NCBI RefSeq assembly: GCF_009914755.1
Contig: NC_060939.1
Direction: 5' to 3' (one strand)
DNA: 64,000 nucleotides
DNA from: the human T2T-CHM13v2.0 reference genome, Homo sapiens
The stretch's first letter is position 1. Each line of letters starts with the position of its first letter. The translations under genes were made by a program, and so were the position numbers. A model generated the notes under the pieces. That model was not told the origin of the DNA, did no database searches, and saw only the letters and a program-made list of their open reading frames with translations. Positions 57,625 through 64,000 of the stretch are shown here, one piece after another.

Positions 57625-59500
57625 ATTTATTTATTTGTTTCTTAAAAGTTTTAAGTTTAGGGGTACATGCGCAAGATATACACGTTTGTTACATAGGTAA
57701 ATGTGTGTCATGGGGGTTTGTTGTACAGATTATTTCATCACCAAGGTATGAAGCCTAGTAGTTCATTACTTATTTTTTTTTGATCCTCTCCCTCCTCCCA
57801 CCCTCTGCTCTCCCATAGGCCCCAGTGTGTTCTATTCCCCTCTATGTGTCCATGTGTTCTCATCATTTAGCTCCCACTTATAAGTGAGAACATGCAGTAT
57901 TTGGTTTTCTGTTCCTGCGTTAGTTTGCTAAGGATAATGGCCTCCAGCTCCATCCATGTCCCAGCAAAGGACATGATCTCATTCTTTTTGTTGGTTACAC
58001 AGTATTCCATGGTGTATATGTACTACATTTTCTTTACCCAGTCTATCATTGATGGGCATCTAGTTGATTCCAGGTGTTTGCTATTGTGAACAGTGCTCCA
58101 ATGAACATACATGTGCATATGCTTTTATAATACAACAATTTGTTAATATATTCCTTTGGGTATATACCCAGGAATGAAATTGTTGGGCTGAATGTTATTT
58201 CTGTCTCTAAGTCTTTGAGGAATCACCACACTGTCTTCCACAATGGTTGAACTCATTTATACTCCCACCAACAGTGTAAAAGTGTTCTTTTTTCTCCACA
58301 ACCTCACCAGCATCTGTTATTTTTTGACATTTTAATAACAACTGTTCTGACTAGTGTGAGATGGTATCTCATTGTGGTTTTGATTTGCATCTCTTATGAT
58401 CAGTGATGTTGAGCTTTTTTTATATGTTTGTTGGCTGCATGTATGTCTTCTTTTGAGAAGTGTCTGTTTGTTTATGTCCTTTGCCCACTTTTTAATCGGG
58501 TTGTTTTTTCTTGTAAGTTTGTTTAAGTTCCTTGTAGATGTTGGATATTAGATCTTTGTTAGATGCATAGAATGCAAAATTTTCTCCCATTCTGCCGGTT
58601 TTCTGTTTACTCTGTCGATAGTTTCTTTTGCTGTGCAGAGGCTCTTTAGTTTAATTAGATCCCATTTGTCAATTTTTGCTTTTGTTGCAATTGCTTTTGG
58701 CATCTTGATCATGAAATCTTTGCCTATGCCTATGTCCTGATTGGTATTGCCTAGGTTTTCTTCTAGGGTTTTTATAGTTTTAGGTTTTACATTGAAGTCT
58801 TTAATCCATCTTGAGTTGATTTTTGTATATGGTATAAGGAAGTGTCCACTTTCAGTTTTCTTCATATGGCTAGCCTGTTCTCCCAGCACCACATATTAAA
58901 TAGGGAATGCTTTCCCCATTGCTTGTTTTTGTCAGGTTTGTCAAAGATCAGATGGTTGTAAGTGTGTGATCTTATTTCTGGGTGTTCTACTCTGTTCCAC
59001 TGGTCTATGTGTCTGTTCTTGTACTGGTACCATGCTGTTTTAGTTACTGTAGCCCTGTAGTATAGTTTGAAGTTGGGTAGCATGATGCCCCTAGCTTTGT
59101 TCTTTTTGCCTAGTATTGCCTTAGCTCTTCAGGCTCTATTTTGGTTCCATATGAATTTTAAAATTGTGTTTTCTAGTTCTGTGAAGAAGTCGATGGTAGT
59201 TTAATGGGAGTAGCGTAGAATCTATAAATTGCTTTGGTCAGTATGGCCATTTTCACAATATTGATTCTTCCAATCCATGAGCATGGAATGTTTTTCCATT
59301 TGTTTGTGTCATCTCTGATTTCTTTGAGCAGTGATTTGTAGTTATCCTGAAGAGGTCCTTCACTTTCCTTGTTAGCTGTATTCCTAGGTTTTTTATTCTT
59401 TTGTAGCAATTGTGAATGGAAGTTCACTCATGATTTGGCTCTTGGCTTGCCTGTTTTTGGTGTTTAGGAATGCTAGCGATTTTTGCACATTGATTTTTGT
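57625..59500 (-). mobile_element. 5'-truncated L1PA (about L1PA10-13)
   Basis: ORF2 C-terminal fragments in the ORF track (58548-59427: [29 protein letters not shown]) and an L1PA 3' UTR. Confidence 0.92.
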
Positions 59501-59742
59501 GTCACTCTTTTTCCTTTCCTCCATTTTGTTGGGGATGTACTAATATCTGAGTATGGTTTATTCTTATTTAGATTTCTCTGATTACTAATTATATGGAACA
59601 TCTTTTCATGTGCTTATATTCATATTGATAGTCTCTTCTGTAAAATGCTTGCTCAAGTTTTTGCTCATTTTGTTTATTGATTTGCCTTTTTCTTATTGAT
59701 TTGTAGACATTCTTTAGATATTGTAGATATGTTATTTGTTGG

Positions 59743-59836
59743 ATATATATGAATATATATGTGTATATATATACATATATAAACACCTATATGTATATAT
59801 AAAACATATATAATACATATATATATGCATATATAG
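59743..59836. repeat. (TA)n-rich low-complexity repeat
   Basis: Read directly. Confidence 0.9.
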
Positions 59837-60010
59837 CAAATATCTTCTACTAAACTATGTCTTGCTGTTTCATCCTCTTAATGATGCCTTTCAATAAACA
59901 TAACCTCAGAACTTGAATTAATCCATCTTTTATGTTTTATGTTTTTGGGGAATCTTATTTAAGAAATCACTGCCTACCCAATGTCATGAAATATTCCGTT
60001 ATCTTCTAGA

Positions 60011-60230
60011 GCAGGGGTCAGAAATTTATGGCCCATGTGACCTGCCATTTGTTTTTGTAAATAAATTTTTGTTGGAAGACAGCCATTCTCATTCATTCAT
60101 TTATGTATTGTCTATGGCTGCCTTTGGACTACAACAGCAGAGTTAAGTAGTTGCAACAAAGACTGTATGACCTACAAAGCTGAAAATATTTACTATCTGT
60201 CCCTTTACAGAAAAAATTTATTGATTTCTC
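60011..60230. mobile_element. MER58A, opposite in orientation to the 55954 copy
   Basis: CAGGGGTCAG...AAAATATTTACTATCTGTCCCTTTACAGAAAAA. Confidence 0.8.
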
Positions 60231-62221
60231 TTCTTGGATATTACTGTTTTTCTTTCACATGAAGGTTTATAATTTAATCAGCATTAATTTTTGTAGATAG
60301 TGTAAATTAAGGTTAAAGTCTGTTTCATGTGAATTATTTAATTGCTCCAGCATCATTTATTGAAAAAAAATCTTATTATTACAAAATTGCAGTGGCATCA
60401 TTGTTGTACATCAAGTATATATATGAGCCTATTTCTAGATGCTCCCTTTTGGTATACGTATCTATTATTATACTAATACCACACTGCATTAAATATTGTA
60501 GCTTTATGGTAAGTTATGCTATCTGATATGGTAAATCTTCCAACAATTTATTCTTCTTCATTTCTTGGCTGCTATAGGTCATTTGCATTTCCATATAACT
60601 TTTTGAAATGTCTAATACATTTCCACAAAAACTCTGTTAGGATCTTGACTGGGATTGCATTGAATCAATAAAGTAACTTTTGAAGAATAGCTTTTAAATT
60701 ATAAAATTAATTTATGATATGAAGTCTCCAAATCCATGAACATGGTATATCTATTCATCTAGTTAGATCTTATGTAATTTTTCTTTGAAATGTTTTGCCG
60801 TTTTCACTTTAGTGATCTTACATGTCTTTTATAAAATTTATTCCCAGATATTTGAGGTTTTCCAATGATATTGTTAATAGTATTGTTTAAAATTTTTTAT
60901 TTACCAATTGTTTTTGCAAACACATACAAATACAATAGATTTTTATGTATTGATTTTGTATTCAGTGACTTATCTAAATTCATTAATTCTAATTGTGTAT
61001 ATATTATTTTGGGTTTTTCTATATTTACAATCATGTCATCTGAAATGACACTTTTACTTCCTTCTTTCCAACCTCACAGCTCTTCTTTCATGCCTTGTGG
61101 CACTGACTAGGACCTGCAGTGCAATGATTAATGCAAGTAATGAAAATAAATATATTTGAGTGGTTTCTGAATTCAGGAAGAAAGCATTCCATATTTCACC
61201 ACTAAATATGTTAGCAGCAGGCCTTTTGTACATAAACTTTATCATATTAAAAAGTTCGCTTATATTTCAAATTTGCTGAGAAGTTTTATTATGAACTAGT
61301 GGTTAATTGGAGGCCTTTTTGCATCTATTGAGGTGATCAGTGATTTTTACTTTCATTATTATTTTATTATTTACATAAAAAAAGCAAATATAATTTAGTG
61401 AAGTAAGTTATATTGATTAACTTTTTAAACCAATTTTTTATTCCTAGAATAAACCAAATTGGTTATGATATGTTATCCTTTTTACATATTCTTTGGATTT
61501 GATTATTTAATACTTTGTTCTAATTTTTGTCCCTATGTTCGTAAGAATTATTAGCTTGTAACTTTCTTGTATTATAATATCTTTGTCATATTTTTGTGTT
61601 AGGGTTGTTCTAGCCTCAAAAAAATGAATTAGGAGGAAGCGTTTTTTCTTTCTTTCCTGAAAGAGGTTATGTAGGATTGATATATTTTTCTTAAATGTTT
61701 TGGAGAATTCACCACTAAATATATCGAAGCTCAAATTTTCTTTGAGGGTAAGTTTTAAATTGTAGATAGAATATATTTAACAATGATTTTTATTTCTTTT
61801 AATTTTTCTTTTATCAGTTTAGATGACGTGATTTTATATAAATTATTCATTTTATATAGATTGTCAAATGTATTTATATAAAATTATTCAAAATATTTCT
61901 GATTTATCTTTTTAGTTTTGTAGGATCTGTAGGGATATTGCCCTTTGATTCTGATATTAGTAATTTATACTTTTGCTCTTGATTGGTCTTGCTAAGAGTT
62001 TATCAAATCTATTGATATTCTTTTTTTAAAAAAAGCTTTGGCTTTGTTGATTTTTCTCAATTTTATGTCAGCTATTTCATCAATTATTGTTTTCATTTTT
62101 ATTAATTTCCCTCTATTTTCTGTTCTTTTTCTAACTTCTTGAGATGGTAACTTAGAAATTAATTTTTGATTTTTTTTCTTTTCTGATATAGGCATGTAAA
62201 GTCAACTTTCTTCTAATCATT

Positions 62222-63155
<934 letters not shown>

Positions 63156-63879
63156 CACTGCTTTAGCTACACCACATAAATTTTGATGAGTCGCATTTTC
63201 ATTTTCATTATCTTGAGTACTGGTTTATTTAGAAAAGCTTTGTTTTATTTCCAGACATTTTCAGATCTTCTAGTCATGTTTCTATTAGTTGGTTTTCAGG
63301 CTAATTCCACCATGGTCTGAGAACATATCCTATGTGATTTCAATACTTTTGAAGCTTGTTCAGGCTTGTTTTATGCATAGCATATAGCCTATTTTGACAA
63401 ACATTTTATATGTGCTTGAAAAGAACTGTATTTTACAGTGGTTAGGTGTAGTGTCATATCGATATATCAAGTAGGTCAAATTGGTTAATCATTTTGTTCA
63501 AATATTCTATATAATTTCTAATTTTCGTTATCTAATTATCCTCTTGCATCTAACACACCAGAGATAGGTATAACACTGATTAAGATTTTGTCTGTTTTTC
63601 CTTTACTTCTACTAATGTTTGCTTATATTACTTGATACTAGGTTACTATGGACATAAAAATTTAGGATTGTTGTGTTTTCCTGTTGAATTGATCCCTCGA
63701 TCTTTATAAAATGCCATCCTTTATCTCTAGTACACTTCTGGCCTTAAAGTTTACTTTGTCTGATATTAATATAACCACAAACTTTCTTTAGGTTGCTGTT
63801 TGCATGATAATATCTTTACCATTCTTTTGCTTTCACTCAGTCTCTGTACTTACATTTAAAGAATAACAACACACGTGGC

Positions 63880-64000
63880 TGTTTTTTTTGTTTTTGTTTT
63901 TTGAGACGGAGTTTTGGTTTGTTGCCCAGGCTGGAGTGCAGTGGTACGATCATGGCTCACTGCAACCTCTGCCTCCCGAGTTCAAGCGATTCTCCTGCCT
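63880..64000 (-). mobile_element. AluS 3' part (cut by window end)
   Basis: T-rich tail followed by GAGACGGAGTTTTGG... Confidence 0.92.

Noticed and set aside
58548-59427. L1 ORF2-like peptides
   Set aside because: Frameshifted fragments of a 5'-truncated L1PA; not an active element or a gene.

Overview
Human (primate) genomic DNA covering the 5' end of RFX7 on the minus strand (chr15q21.3 from recall). The only protein-coding sequence I can support is the first coding exon of RFX7 (43978-44138, [53 protein letters not shown]-). The ORF track misses it because the unspliced frame closes after 54 codons. The exon lies in a CpG island that probably acts as a bidirectional promoter shared with a non-coding plus-strand first exon (likely TEX9; donor at 45131/45132). 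Positions 1-43977 are one long RFX7 intron. The rest of the window is dominated by transposable elements: about 15 Alus, nested L1M/L1PA stacks, a complete THE1C, a MER41A solo LTR, MLT and LTR41 LTRs, DNA transposon relics and MIR/L2. Essentially all listed ORFs are repeat- or GC-derived noise. I see no wholly new gene system. The best leads are regulatory: (i) a 5' splice-site/uORF/Kozak cassette in which first-exon donor choice would change RFX7 translation initiation; (ii) two 19/20 p53 response elements in the intron; (iii) a same-sense complete THE1C with DUX4 motif, TATA-like box and splice donor that could act as an alternative promoter; (iv) a tightly spaced inverted CTCF pair upstream; and (v) several informative retrotransposition scars. 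Repeat subfamily names come from recall of consensus sequences, and boundaries of old repeats are approximate.
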